From assembly GCA_963745235.1 (NCBI GenBank), contig CAVUXE010000011.1, forward strand, positions 44,719 through 108,718: 64,000 nt of DNA. The letters run 5' to 3'. The position numbers and the translations under genes were made by a program. Below the pieces are notes generated by a model. The model made no database searches. It was not told where the DNA came from and was given only the letters and a program-made list of their open reading frames with translations. Of this stretch, positions 9,142 through 21,075 are shown piece after piece. The DNA comes from an uncultured Spirochaetota bacterium. GTDB taxonomy: Bacteria > Spirochaetota > Spirochaetia > SZUA-6 > Fen-1364. How positions within the stretch are numbered: the stretch's first letter is position 1; each line of letters opens with the position of its first letter.

Positions 9142-10195
9142 ATGGAGGCCGTGTATTTGAGAGGCGTCGAAGACGCTGTCGTGACGACCGTGCCTGATCC
9201 CTGCATTCCCGGCCAGGGAATTCTGGTTCGGGTGGAGGCGTGCGCCGTGTGCGGCACCGACGTTAAGATGTATCGCCACGGCTATGCCGCGGCGAAGTTT
9301 CCCCTCATTCCCGGACACGAGATCGCGGGTAAGATCGAGCGACTCGAAGGGAACTACCCTAGGACTCTCTGTCGGAATGCGCGTGGCCATTGCGCCGAAC
9401 ATTCCGTGCGGCGTGTGCCAGTATTGCAGGGACGGGCTCCAGACGGCCTGCGATTCCCTTGAGACGATCGGCGTGCACCGCGACGGCGGTTTTGCCGAGC
9501 TCTTAGTCCTCCCCGCGCACGCGGTGACAGCAGGCTGCGTCTTTGCTATCCCAAAAGGGGTTGCAAGCGAGGAGGCGGCGCTTATCGACCCGGCCTCCTG
9601 CGCTGTGAATGCTTGCGAATTGTCCCACGTGAAGCCGGGCGATACTGTTGTTGTCGTTGGCGCTGGTCCCGCCGGATGCCTGTGCGTGGAGGTGAGCAAG
9701 GCCTTTGGTGCGCGCTTCACTATCCTTATCCAGCGCTCGTCTGCACGTCTTGAGCAGGCGCGTTTTACAGGCGCGGGACTTTTCATCGACTCCTCTCGCG
9801 AAGATGCGCTTGCGAAGGTTCGCGAAGCCACCGGGGGCAGGGGGGCTGACGTAGTGATCGTTGCTGCCGGCACGGCCGAAGCTCAAGAGCAGGCTATGCA
9901 GATGGTAGCCAAGAGAGGCAGTGTAAACCTCTTCGGCGGCCTACCCAAGTCGAGCCCGACTATCCGCCTTGATTCAAACCTCGTGCATTACAGGGAAGTT
10001 TCCGTCGTGGGCACCCATGGGAGCTCCAACAGGCACTGCGCAATCGCTCTGGACATGATCGCTGACAGGAGGATAAGGGCCAGCAACTACGTAAGCAGGC
10101 GGTTTGCCCTTAGCGAGTTTCCGTCAGCCCTTGCAGCTGCAGAGAGCAAGACGGGGCTGCGGATGTTCGTCAATCCTGGGCTGGCTGGTCGATGA
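9142..10195 (+). CDS. Zn-dependent sugar-alcohol dehydrogenase (iditol/sorbitol DH-like), frameshift near 9355
   Basis: CGTD and GHEIAG in the first frame; CGVCQYC and GAGPAG in the second frame. Confidence 0.88.
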
Positions 10196-10292
10196 GAGTA
10201 ATCCTGGTCCGCTGCGGCGAGATGGGCCTGAGGAGAGAGGGATTGGGCAAAAAGAAGTCTGCCGGACTTGACGACGAAAGGCGGCTTAGGGA

Positions 10293-11258
10293 ATGACCGA
10301 AATAACCTTAGGAATCAATACCTGCTTCGCGATCGGCCGCTACCCAGAACCGGAAGAATGGATGCGTGTCGTCACGGACGAGCTGGGGCTCTCTCACGTC
10401 CAGTTCTCGTTCGACTTGGTTGACCCTGTCATCGTCGACTGGGATACCGTTGAAAGAAAATGTAGGAAAATTGCTGAGCTTGCTCAGCAGAGAGGGATTC
10501 GCATAGACACGGCCACCACGGGCGAGGTCCCCCATAAATCTAATGCTCTCCTCGATCCTGATCTTGCAGTCAGGCGCTCCTACCTCCGCTGGTACGAAAA
10601 CCTCATACGGGCAAGCAGCATCCTGGGCGCCGAAGGCTCTGGGGTCTATCTCGGAACCCTGAGCAGCAGGGACAACGGGTCCGCCGAGCGGCGCGCGTAC
10701 CTCATCTCCGTTCTCATGGAGGAGATCGAGCACCTCACGGGAATAGCGAAGAGCGAGGGTCAAAAATATTTCATGTGGGAGCCGATGTCTGTCCCCCGGG
10801 AGATCCCCTGCACCATTAGCGAAACGCGAGAGCTCCTCGAGCGGGCAAACCGCAATTCGCAGATACCAGTGTTGCTCTGTTTGGACGTTGGCCACGGTTG
10901 GATCCGTTCCCCTAATCCGAGCGATCGAGACCCGTACGAATGGCTTCGAGAGCTTGCGCACTTGTCTCCCTCTATCCACATGCAGCAGACCGACGGTAAA
11001 GGTAGCCGGCACTGGCCGTTTTCTCCCGAGTTCAACGCTAAAGGTATCATCGCTCCTGAAAAGGTGTTCGCCGCTCTGGAACTATCTGGCGCGGAGCGAA
11101 CGATTATTGTCTTTGAGTACTTCTTCTCTGCGCATGCACTCAGCGAAGACACGGCGATAGCCGACATGCGCACAAGCGTTCAGTACTGGAAGGAAGCTCT
11201 TGGCGGTTCTCATCGCGCAGGTAGAGCGGGGAGGGAAGGGCGGCCGGCAGCGAGGTGA
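10293..11258 (+). CDS. TIM-barrel sugar-phosphate epimerase, resembles EryC (erythrulose-1-P 3-epimerase) family
   Basis: LGINTCFAIGRYPEPEEW...LGLSHVQFSFDL, WEPMSVPRE, LDVGH and HMQQTDG...HWPF. Confidence 0.75.
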   Translation: MTEITLGINTCFAIGRYPEPEEWMRVVTDELGLSHVQFSFDLVDPVIVDWDTVERKCRKIAELAQQRGIRIDTATTGEVPHKSNALLDPDLAVRRSYLRWYENLIRASSILGAEGSGVYLGTLSSRDNGSAERRAYLISVLMEEIEHLTGIAKSEGQKYFMWEPMSVPREIPCTISETRELLERANRNSQIPVLLCLDVGHGWIRSPNPSDRDPYEWLRELAHLSPSIHMQQTDGKGSRHWPFSPEFNAKGIIAPEKVFAALELSGAERTIIVFEYFFSAHALSEDTAIADMRTSVQYWKEALGGSHRAGRAGREGRPAAR

Positions 11259-11265
11259 GACCGCA

Positions 11266-12774
11266 ATGAGCCTGATGGGAATTGACGTGGGAACCACTGG
11301 TTGCAAGGGCGTGGCTTTTGATGAGAGGGGGACAGTTCTTGCATCGGCGTACAGAGAATACCCACTTATCCAGCCCAAGGAAGATTGGGTAGAGCTTGAC
11401 CCGCAACTTATTTGGCAGTTGTTAAAAGAGACTCTACGAGAGGTGAACGCGCAGCTTTCCGCGGACCCGGTGCAAGCAATCGGTGTCTCCTCTCAGGGGG
11501 AGACTGTCACAGCGCTTGACGATCGGGGAAACAATCTCTGCAATTTCATCGTCACTTTCGACAATCGGACTATTGAGCAGGTCTCGTTCTGGGAGAAAGC
11601 ACTCGGCCGCGACGCAGTCTACCGGATAACCGGGATGCCCCTTCATCCCATGTACTCGATCAACAAAATTCTTTGGATAAAAAAAAATCTTCCCGACGTT
11701 TTTGCGCGAGCGCGCAAGTTCACCCTCGTCGAGGACTTCGTCATTTCGCGGCTTTGCGGAGAGTACGGGATCGATTTCTCCCTTGCCGCGCGAAGCATGG
11801 CTTTTGATGTCACGCAGGCAAAGTGGTCTGCGGAGATTCTCGCTGCCGCCGGGGTGGAAGAGCGCTTCCTCTCCCGCGCGGTGCCGTCGGGTACAATCAT
11901 CGGATGCATGCGCCGTGAGCTCAAGGACGAGCTTGGCTTCAAGCGGGAGGTTTCCATTGTCACCGGGGGGCATGATCAGCCCTGCGGTGCCCTCGGAGCC
12001 GGCATCACGGGGGCAGGGATCGCGATGAATGCAACGGGTACAGTTGATGCTATCTGTCCCGTGTTCAGCGACTTACAGTTTTCCCCTCAGATGCTTCAAG
12101 ACAACTATGCGGTCTACCCTTACACGATGCAGGGACTGTATTGCACCATCGGTTTTAACCTTACCGGCGGCCTACTCTTGAAGTGGTACCGGGATACTCT
12201 TTGCGCCGAAGAAGTCCGTTGGGCTAAGAACAAAGGCATGGGCTCGTATGATATGATCCTTTCTCGCATGTCGAGTTCCCCAAAGGATATCTATGTACTG
12301 CCTCATTTTGTTGGGTCGGGCACCCCGCAGCTTGACCCTCTTTCAAAAGGGGCAATCATCGGGTTACGGATCTCCACTACCAAGGAGGATTTGACGCGAA
12401 GTATCATAGACAGCATCAACCTTGAGATGAAAATAAACATCGAGCGAATGCGGGCGAACGCAATCCCTATACGCGCCATCCACGCGGTCGGAGGCGGCGC
12501 CAAATCAGACCTCTGGCTTGCACTTAAGGCGAGCTGTTTTGGGGTGCCTGTCAGCCGACCCAGGACCGAGGAGGCGGTTTCCCTTGGCGGGGCTATCCTT
12601 GCAGGATATGCCACCGGGCGCTTTCAGGGTGTTGCCGAGGGGGCGAAGGCAATGGTTGCCATCCAGGATACATTCGAGCCGCAGGAAAAGCTCGTAGCTT
12701 TGTATGATGAGAAGTTCGCTAAGTTCCGGGAGCTTTATCCAACGCTCTCGCAGCTCAATAGGAGTTTGGAATGA
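11266..12774 (+). CDS. FGGY-family carbohydrate kinase (xylulokinase-like)
   Basis: GIDVGTTGCK, GGHDQ and VGGGAKSDLW motifs. Confidence 0.93.
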   Translation: MSLMGIDVGTTGCKGVAFDERGTVLASAYREYPLIQPKEDWVELDPQLIWQLLKETLREVNAQLSADPVQAIGVSSQGETVTALDDRGNNLCNFIVTFDNRTIEQVSFWEKALGRDAVYRITGMPLHPMYSINKILWIKKNLPDVFARARKFTLVEDFVISRLCGEYGIDFSLAARSMAFDVTQAKWSAEILAAAGVEERFLSRAVPSGTIIGCMRRELKDELGFKREVSIVTGGHDQPCGALGAGITGAGIAMNATGTVDAICPVFSDLQFSPQMLQDNYAVYPYTMQGLYCTIGFNLTGGLLLKWYRDTLCAEEVRWAKNKGMGSYDMILSRMSSSPKDIYVLPHFVGSGTPQLDPLSKGAIIGLRISTTKEDLTRSIIDSINLEMKINIERMRANAIPIRAIHAVGGGAKSDLWLALKASCFGVPVSRPRTEEAVSLGGAILAGYATGRFQGVAEGAKAMVAIQDTFEPQEKLVALYDEKFAKFRELYPTLSQLNRSLE

Positions 12775-13507
12775 GGAAGCCGTCCTTCATCGGACCCATG
12801 CACAGAAGATTCCGCAGACAAATCCGCGACTTGGCGGCGGCGAGCGTTCGTCTTGGGGAGCTGGGTTTCGCGTCCTCCCGCGGGGGCAACCTTTCCTGTC
12901 GTGCGGATGATGGCTGTTTGCTGATTACCCCGACCGGCTTTCGGAAGAAGGAAGTCCGCCCAGAGGACATACTGGTGGTGAGGCCCGACGGAAGCACGTG
13001 GGAAGCACGCCCGGGGCTTAAGCCTTCAAGCGAGGCGCCTGCCCATATGCACATAATGCGTTCCCGTCCGGATGTTCAAGCGATTATCCATGCTCATCCA
13101 CCGGTTTTAACGGGTTTCGCCCTCGCGGGGGTCGATATTCTCTAAAACCCATCCATCCTGAGCTTGTCATCGAGGTCGGCCCCGTGATCAACCTTGACTA
13201 CACCGAACCAACGTCGGAGAAGCTTGCACACCAGTTCGATAGTGTCATACTCAGCGCCAACGCCTTCCTGATGGGAGGGCACGGGGTTATGATCTGCAGC
13301 CCGGTTGGAATCGAAAGGGCACTGGAACTCCTGGAAATGCTTGAGACGATAGCATTTTCGGCATGGGTCGCGATGTCCGTGGGAAAGCCGAAAACGATTC
13401 CCGCCGCTGAGCTAGACGCGTTGGAGCGCATCATGCGCACGCGCAACCTTACTATGCCGGGCGCGTCGGCCGGCTGGAGCCTGCGGAAGCTGTACGGGAC
13501 GAACTGA
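12771..13507 (+). CDS. Class II aldolase/adducin family protein, frameshift near 13143
   Basis: GGNLS, ITPTG, KPSSE, HAHP and, in the second frame, LMGGHG. Confidence 0.85.
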
Positions 13508-13698
13508 ACCGGAGAAGAGGGGAATGAATTTGCTTTGATTAAGGATGACCTGTAAAATGCGAATGGAGAAAAGGTGAGGAAAAGAGTGATTCGACCAGGC
13601 AAGGTTCAAGCGCAGTATTGAGACCATCTTTTGGAATTGTTTAGGTGCGAGTCGTGCGATTAGTGGGGCATTAATACAACGAACAAGGGAGGAAAAAG

Positions 13699-14697
13699 AT
13701 GAGACCTATCAGATTCGCGTCGGGGCTCCATGTCTTTGGAAGTACTGCAGACCGCTATGTCCTCAGCGGTTATAAGCCGCAGGTACCAATATCTGAAATG
13801 ATTCAAGGGGCGGCAAAGGTGAAGGGCTTAAAAGGCGTCGAACTTGTCGAGACGTGGCATATCAATAGCGAAAACGTAGACAAGGTGCTGTCAGAGCTGC
13901 AGGCGTCCGGATTACAACTTACCCTCCTCATGCCCGATCTCTGGGCTTCTGGCAAATGGGGAATGGGAAGCTTTGCTGCAGGGAACGAGAAGACACGCAG
14001 GGATGCTATTGAAACGGTCAAACGCACGATGGACATGGCGGCACGCACAGGCTGTAATTTGATCAATGTGTGGTTGGGGCAGGATGGTTACGATTATCCG
14101 CTCCAAGCCGACTATTTGAAGGCGTGGGACTGGATCGTTGAAGCCTTAAGAGAATGCGCTGATCATAATCCCAAAGTCACAATCGGGATGGAGTATAAAA
14201 TCAAAGAGCCGAGAACCCATTGTTTTATCGGAACAATCGGTAAGCTGCTCTTGCTGATGGACAAGGTGAATCGGAAGAACCTGGGCGTCATTCTAGACAT
14301 AGGACATGCTCTCGAGGGATATGAAAACATGGCGGAATCCGCCGCGTTGTGCAAGTATTTTGGCGACCGGCTTATCCATCTCCATCTCAACGACAACTGG
14401 CGATCCTGGGACGATGATATGATGGTGGGGTCCATCCACACAATCGAGCTTTTGGAACTCCTGTACTGGCTAGAAAAAATCGACTTCCGGGGGTGGTACT
14501 CGCTGGACATCTTCCCCTACAGAGATGATTCAATCGCCGTAGCCTCAGAGAGCCTGAACTGGATAACGGATCTGCGCAGGGTGATCGATCACATTGGATT
14601 GGACAGAATCGAGAAAGTCATCGCAAGTGGCGACGCTGCCCAGGCATCCCGCTTGGTGAGAGAGGGCATGTTCTCTGTGTCGGAGCATAAGAAATGA
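13699..14697 (+). CDS. Xylose-isomerase-like sugar isomerase
   Basis: WLGQDGYDYP, EYKIKEPRTH, LDIGH, HLNDN...DDDM and LDIFP metal motifs. Confidence 0.85.
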   Translation: MRPIRFASGLHVFGSTADRYVLSGYKPQVPISEMIQGAAKVKGLKGVELVETWHINSENVDKVLSELQASGLQLTLLMPDLWASGKWGMGSFAAGNEKTRRDAIETVKRTMDMAARTGCNLINVWLGQDGYDYPLQADYLKAWDWIVEALRECADHNPKVTIGMEYKIKEPRTHCFIGTIGKLLLLMDKVNRKNLGVILDIGHALEGYENMAESAALCKYFGDRLIHLHLNDNWRSWDDDMMVGSIHTIELLELLYWLEKIDFRGWYSLDIFPYRDDSIAVASESLNWITDLRRVIDHIGLDRIEKVIASGDAAQASRLVREGMFSVSEHKK

Positions 14698-14925
14698 ACT
14701 GTACGCTTGGAAGAAATCGGTCCAAAGCGGGAAGGAGGGATCACCGGTTTTTACCAGGGTGACTTTAGAAAGGGGCTGTGTGAAAGAGCAGAAAGGAGGG
14801 CAATAGTAAGACCATGAGGGTCGCGCTGAAGCGTTACATAAGCGTGACAAGGATTCCAATCACTCGGTTGGTTTGCGGCTGCATCCGCCGACACTGAGTG
14901 CAAGCAAGAACGAGGAGGACGATCG

Positions 14926-15972
14926 ATGGGTAGGATGGTAAGAACGATCCTTCTGGCAGGACTCGTGCTTCTAATTGCATGTGGGGGTGTGTTTGCCAGC
15001 GGGAAGGGAGAAGCGACTAAGACAGCGGCAATCACTATCGGGTACTGCTCGCCAGAACTTGACGCCTTCCAAGCAGGGGTCATGTACAGTGTGATGCACT
15101 ACGCCCAGGCAAAGGGCTGGGCGGTGATTCCGGAAGACGCCAACACAGATCCGCACCTACAGGCGAACCAAGTAGAATACCTGATTTCCCTGGGTGTGAA
15201 GGCGATCGTGGCGGTGCCGTGCGATAGCCAGGCATTCTGCGCTTCAATTGCAAAGGCTCGCCAGGCGAACATACCGGTGTATACGATCGACCGCGCTCCG
15301 ATTGGGTGCAAGGTCAATATGGTCGTCCAAGCCGATAACGAGAAAGGCGGCACTGACTCCGGGACCGAGATCGTGAAGTTCCTGACGCAAAAATACGGAA
15401 GCCCGAAGGGCACTGTGTTGGAGCTGCAGGGAGAGATGGCCGAGAACGTGGCGCAGCTCAGGCACAAAGGCTTTATCGATGTCATGAACCAATATCCCGA
15501 CATTAAGGTCACTTCAAAGACAACCCACTGGGACTCCAACCAGTTCTATCAGGACGCCATGGATGTGGTCGGCTCCCAAGCTATTGATGCGATCTTTCTG
15601 CACTCCGACACCGTAGGCGGCACGCCGGTAACGCAGGCCCTCACCCAGCTCGGCAAGTTGGTTCCCGCGGGCCAGCCCGGGCATATCTACATAGCTGCGA
15701 TCGACGGGTCGCCGAATGGCCTTGACCTCATCCGCAAGGGTTCTCTCGACCAGACCTCCAGCCAGCCAAATCCCGATTTCGGCATTCTCACCGAATATAT
15801 CGACAAAGAGTTCAAAGGCGAGAAGATCGTGGCGGGTCCAGTAGTGAAGGAGGGAGCCCTGTGGTCGCCCGCGAAGATCATTGACTCCGACGTTGGGCCA
15901 ATGCTCGAGCTGGCCACAACGGACGTCACGAAGGCCAATGTCGATGACAAGCGCCTTTGGGGGAACCACTAG
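14926..15972 (+). CDS. Sugar ABC transporter substrate-binding protein
   Basis: Signal peptide; type I periplasmic binding motifs IPVYTIDR, LRHKGF and IDG. Confidence 0.9.
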   Translation: MGRMVRTILLAGLVLLIACGGVFASGKGEATKTAAITIGYCSPELDAFQAGVMYSVMHYAQAKGWAVIPEDANTDPHLQANQVEYLISLGVKAIVAVPCDSQAFCASIAKARQANIPVYTIDRAPIGCKVNMVVQADNEKGGTDSGTEIVKFLTQKYGSPKGTVLELQGEMAENVAQLRHKGFIDVMNQYPDIKVTSKTTHWDSNQFYQDAMDVVGSQAIDAIFLHSDTVGGTPVTQALTQLGKLVPAGQPGHIYIAAIDGSPNGLDLIRKGSLDQTSSQPNPDFGILTEYIDKEFKGEKIVAGPVVKEGALWSPAKIIDSDVGPMLELATTDVTKANVDDKRLWGNH

Positions 15973-16092
15973 AAGCCGGTAAATCGGCAACATGCCGGGG
16001 GCGAGCTGCGATAATCTCTCAGCCCGCCCAGCTTTATGAGATTTGAAGTCCTGCTTCTGTGGTTAATCGGACATGAGGAGGATCGGCAAGCC

Positions 16093-17235
16093 ATGGAAAG
16101 AGATCGTACAACATCCTTTTTTGTTGCAATCATAGACAACCTCATTTGGGTTATCGTTATTGTCGCTTTCGTTGTTTTCTCCCTGCTGTCCAGTCGGTTT
16201 CTTCACTCTTTTCAACCTGGTGAATATCCTGCCGAGGGTGGCTGCGCTTGGTCTCCTGGTCATCGGCCAGTCCTTTACAATGACAACCGCGCACTTCGAC
16301 CTCTCTTCCGAATCGACCCTCGGCTTAACCGCAATGGTGGGGGCGCTGTTTGTCGCCACCACAAACTACGGCGGGCTTGGGATAATGATGCCCCCCGGTT
16401 TCGCCATCGTCTTGATGATTCTACTCGGGTTGCTCATCGGAACCTTAAACGGCTTCATGATTACGAAACTGAGAATGAACAATCTCGTAGCGACGATCGC
16501 CATGCTGATCCTCCTCCGCGGCGTTGTGTGGATCCTTTCCCCAGGAAAGAGCGTGAGCTTTCTCGGGCCCGTGTTCGACTGGATCGGGGGAGGAGTTCTT
16601 TTCACGATTCGGGCAGGCGGCAAGCCTACCGGTGTGCCGGTAAGCTTCTTTTTCGTGCTGGTGGCTTTTGCTTTCGCGCACATCGTGACCCGATACACCC
16701 GATTCGGCCGGCACATGTACGCTATCGGCTCCAACCGTGAAGCCGCGGAGGCCGCGGGCATCCGGACCCAGCGGGTCATTTTCTCGGTATATGTGATTAG
16801 CGGCGCTTGCGCTGGCGATTGCGGGTCTACTTGAAGCCGGGCAGAGGAGACTCTGTCGTAGGCGGGCTCGGCCAAGGTTGGATTTTTCAGGTACAGGCGG
16901 CGGCCATCATCGGAGGGATCAGTCTGTTCGGCGGCAGGGGGAGCATGCTGGGTGCGCTCGGCGGCGTCCTTTTCTGGGGCATTCTGGAGTCCGGTTTGAG
17001 CATCATGCAGGCCAGTCCTTACTCTATCAACGTATTCCGAGGCGGCTTCTGCTTCGTCGCTATGATGCTCGATGCTTTGAAGACCCAATACCTCCGCACT
17101 CTTTCAGCGCACCAGGTTGTTCGCCCGATCGACGATCGGAATAGCGGATTTGAACAACCTGGGGTAGGCGAGAAAAGAGAGAAATCCTTATGGAAACCAC
17201 AGTGCCAGCAACAATTGTCTCACTGCGCGGCGTGA
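16093..17235 (+). CDS. Sugar ABC permease (frameshifted; 3' end approximate)
   Basis: FDLSSES, TRFGRHMYAIGSNREAA and AAAIIGGISLFGGRG spread across three frames. Confidence 0.8.
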
Positions 17236-18722
17236 GCAAGTCCTTTCCAGGCGTAAATGCCCTATCGAATGTGGACCTCGACGTCCACCAGGGCGAGGTG
17301 CATGGTCTCGTAGGAAAAAACGGGGCCGGCAAATCGACACTCGTTCGTGTGCTCATGGGACTGCACGAGCCGGACAGCGGCTCCTTGGAGATAAATGGCC
17401 ACCGCTTCTCTCGCATCACCGCCAGTGAAGCTTTGGCCGCAGGAGTCGCGTACGTTCCCCAGCACGTCAGCATGATGGACAGTCTTGTCGGTGGCCGAGA
17501 ACATTCTTGCGGGAGAGATGCCAGTCGGTGCTTTCAGGTTGGTAGAACTGGAAGAAGGTGTATGCTCAGGCAGCGGACAGACTCGAAAAGCTCGGCCTGG
17601 ACCTGGACGTTCGAAAGAATGTTGAAGGGATTAGCGTCGCCGAGCAAACGATGCTTGCAATAGCGCAGGCGCTCTTCCGCCGGGCGAAACTCATCATTTT
17701 GGATGAGCCGACCGCTTCGCTTCCTCGGGCTGACATCGACCGTCTGTTCACTCTCATCCGTTCGCTCAAGAGCCAGGGAGTTGCAATTGTATTCATTTCG
17801 CACCATTTGGAAGAGGTTTTCGAGATCTGCGACCGGGTGACCGTGCTTCGCGACGGCTAGCCAGATCGGAACCTGGCCTCTCTGCGGAGCTGGACCTGCA
17901 ACGCTGACAAAGGTAATCGTGGGAGAGAATATCCATGAGTATGTAAGAGAGTCAAGGGAAAGAGCGCCGGAAATCTCGCCATGCAGATCAGTGGATTGAC
18001 ACTTAGGGGGTCACTACGAGGACATCTCGCATGGATATCGCCAAAGGCGAGGTTGTCAGCGTTTGTGGGCTGCAGGGCTCGGGAGCCGAGGCGTTGGGCG
18101 AGAGGCTCTTTGGTCTGGAGCCGAGGGGGATCGGAGCGTGTCCGAGTAGACGGCAAGGAGTACACGGCAAGGAATCCCAAGGAGGCCTTTGCCCAGGGAG
18201 TCGCCTTGCTCCCGCAGGATCGGTACCGCTTCGGGATTGTCGGCTCTGCGGCCAATCCGGGAGAACATCACTTATTCCATTCTGGACCAGCTGACAGGAT
18301 TTCTCTCTATCCTTAAATCGGTCAAGGAGCGTCAGTTGGTGAAAGATTTCATCGAGAAGCTAGGTATCGTCACTCCAAGCCAGAACCAAAGCGTAAGGCT
18401 CCTGAGCGGCGGGAACCAGCAAAAAGTGGTTTTTGCCAAACTTGCCTGTACAAGACCAAGCGTGCTTATTCTCCACGATCCCACTCAGGGCATCGACGTG
18501 CGCGCCAAGCTGGACATCTATAGGGTGATCGACGACCTAAGTGCGCAGGGCATTGCGATTCTTATCATTTCGACTGAGGTGCGCGAGCTTGTCGGGGTGT
18601 GCGACCGGATCCTCGTCATGTACGAGGGTCGTATAACCCACGAGTTCAAGAGGGGGGACGCCGATACGACACCGAGCAACATTTTGCTGGCAATTGAGGG
18701 AGGCCGTCATGCGGGACAGTAG
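17190..18722 (+). CDS. Sugar ABC ATP-binding protein (tandem domains, several frameshifts)
   Basis: GKNGAGKST, ILDEPT, LSGGNQQK and PTQGIDV. Confidence 0.85.
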
Positions 18723-19726
18723 GGTCGATTGGGTGAAGCTTATCCTAGACCGATTCCTTTGGTTGGTGATTGTGCTAATCGCCCTCTTTTTTGTGTGGCG
18801 AGCTCCCGGCTTTGCTACCGGAGTGAAACTTCGTCAACCTTCTCCTTCATGCCAGCGTGCTAGGGCTCCTTGTCATCGGACAAAGCATCTGCCTGCTCAG
18901 CGGTAATTTCGACCTCTCCATCGAAGGCAACATTCAACTGGTTGCCGTACTCGCAGGGTGGATGATGGTCCCTGCCGTAGGGTTCGAGGGCGGGGGCGGC
19001 TGGGTGCTCTCACCCTTTATGGTCATTCCAATAGTGCTCGTGATGGGCGGGGCTGATCGGAATGCTCAATGGCCTGATGATCACGCGGCTGGGGATGAAC
19101 AACTTCATTGTGACTCTGCGCAATGCAGCTGGTTCTCGGAGGGATTGCTTTCCTCATTAGTCGAGGGTTTGACATTAACCGCATTCCTGCTTCCTTCTCG
19201 TGGCTAGGCAGCCACGCTTTCGGTCACATCCCAGTCCAGATAATCTTTACCGCTGTGGCCTTCATCGGGTTCCAGCTTTTCCTTGGCGCGTCCCGTTTCG
19301 GCCGTCAGCTCTACGGGGTCGGCGGAAATCGGGACGCGGCCCGCGCCTCCGGTATCGATCCGAGAATCCGTGATCACAAAGGCGTATATCTTGAATGGCA
19401 TGATCGTCGCCATAGCTGCGTGGATGCTTCTCGGTCGCGTCGGTCAGGCCAACACGAGGATCGGGGTCGGAATAACACTGGAAGCGGTGGCCGCTGCAGT
19501 GATCGGTGGGGTTGCGCTCAGCGGCGGCTACGGATCGGTGGGAGGAGCCTTCGGCGGGGTGCTCCTTCTCTCCGTGATCGATAATGGCCTGAACCTGATG
19601 AGCGTGAACGCCTTTTGGATTCAAGGTATCCGAGGCTTCATCATCCTGCTTGCTCTTTTCATCGAAGCACAGAAGTTCCGTTATAAGCCCCGGGTGCATA
19701 TCGATATCGCGACCGGTGCCACATGA
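18709..19726 (+). CDS. Sugar ABC permease (frameshifted)
   Basis: GNFDLSIEG, SRFGRQLYGVGGN and AAAVIGGVALSGG across frames. Confidence 0.8.
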
Positions 19727-19767
19727 ATCTTCTGTTCAGGAGCCCCTGCCACAAGGAAAGGTGAGTC

Positions 19768-20926
19768 ATGGCGACAAACAGTAAAGCTGTCAAGGAAAAA
19801 CTCAAAGAACAGAGGATAGGGACCCCGACATGGGGGTATGGTGACGCCGGGACGAGGTTTCACGTTGTGCATCGACAGAGCTCTCCCCGAACACTGGAGC
19901 AACGGCTCGACGATGCCGCCGTTGTAAATCGGCTTACCGGCGTGTGCCCGGCCGTCGACCTACACACCGCATGGGACGCAGAGCGACGACTGGGGCAGGG
20001 TTAGGCGATACGCTGCCGATCTCGGCCTTGAGATTGGCGCGGTCAATCCTCACCTCTTCAATGAGGACGACTATGTTCTTGGGACCGTTTGCAACCCGCT
20101 CCAGCGAGTCCGGGAGAAATCGGCGGAGAAGCTGCTTGAGGGTGTACAGATCGCCAGGGCGGTCGGAGCCAGGATTCTCAGTCTTTGGTTTGCCGATGGG
20201 ACCGACTATCCGGGCCAGGACAGTTTCCGCTCACGGCGGAAACGCCTCCACGAGGCGCTTGCCAGGGTCTATGCCGCGATGCCCGCCGAAATGAGCATGG
20301 TGGTCGAGTACAAGCTTTTCGAGCCTGGCTTCTACCACATGGATCTTGCCGACTGGGGCGGCTCCTACGTGCTCTGCCTGGCCCTGGGAGAGCGGGCGAA
20401 AGTCCTCGTGGACCTAGGGCACCACGCCCTGGGCGCGAACATCGAGCAAATCGTGGCGTTGCTACTTGGCGAAGGCAAGCTCGGAGGGTTCCACTTCAAC
20501 GACAAGAAGTACGGGGACGACGACCTTACCGTGGGTGCGATCAATCCCTACCAGCTTTTCCTAATCTTCTGCGAGCTGGTCTCCGCCGAGGCGGACGCCG
20601 ACACGCGGCAGTGCGCCCGGCAGGCGGCCCTCATGATTGATGAAAACCACAACTTCAAGAACGCGCTGGAAGGGACGATCCAGTCCGTCGAGGCGCTTCA
20701 GGTGGCATACGCCAAGGCGCTGCTCGTCGATTACGGATACCTAGCCGAGATGCAGGGCAGGGGAGAGGTCATCCGGGCGGAGGAATGCATCAAGGATGCA
20801 TTCCTTACAGACGTGCGTCCCCTTCTACGAGAGGTCAGGACGGAGATGGGGCTGAACCCGGATCCCCTGGACGCCTTTCGAAGGAGCGGCTACATGGAAA
20901 AGATCACGCGCGAGAGAAGCTGTTAG
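19768..20926 (+). CDS. rhaI: L-rhamnose isomerase (RhaI type), frameshift near 19980
   Basis: TPTWGYGDAGTRF, WFADGTDYPGQ, EYKLFEPGFY..DLADWG, DLGHH and FHFNDKKYGDDDL. Confidence 0.85.
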
Positions 20927-21075
20927 TCAGGGGCAACGGCGAAGCTTTGCATCGGCACGGAATTGATTTCAAACAGGAGGAGATCGATGAAACTACAAAA
21001 CTTTCGGGCCAAGGACCGGGAGGTTGTCGAAGGCCTCATCCGGTTTTCCCACCGCGAAGCTCACCCGCTAGAGTC

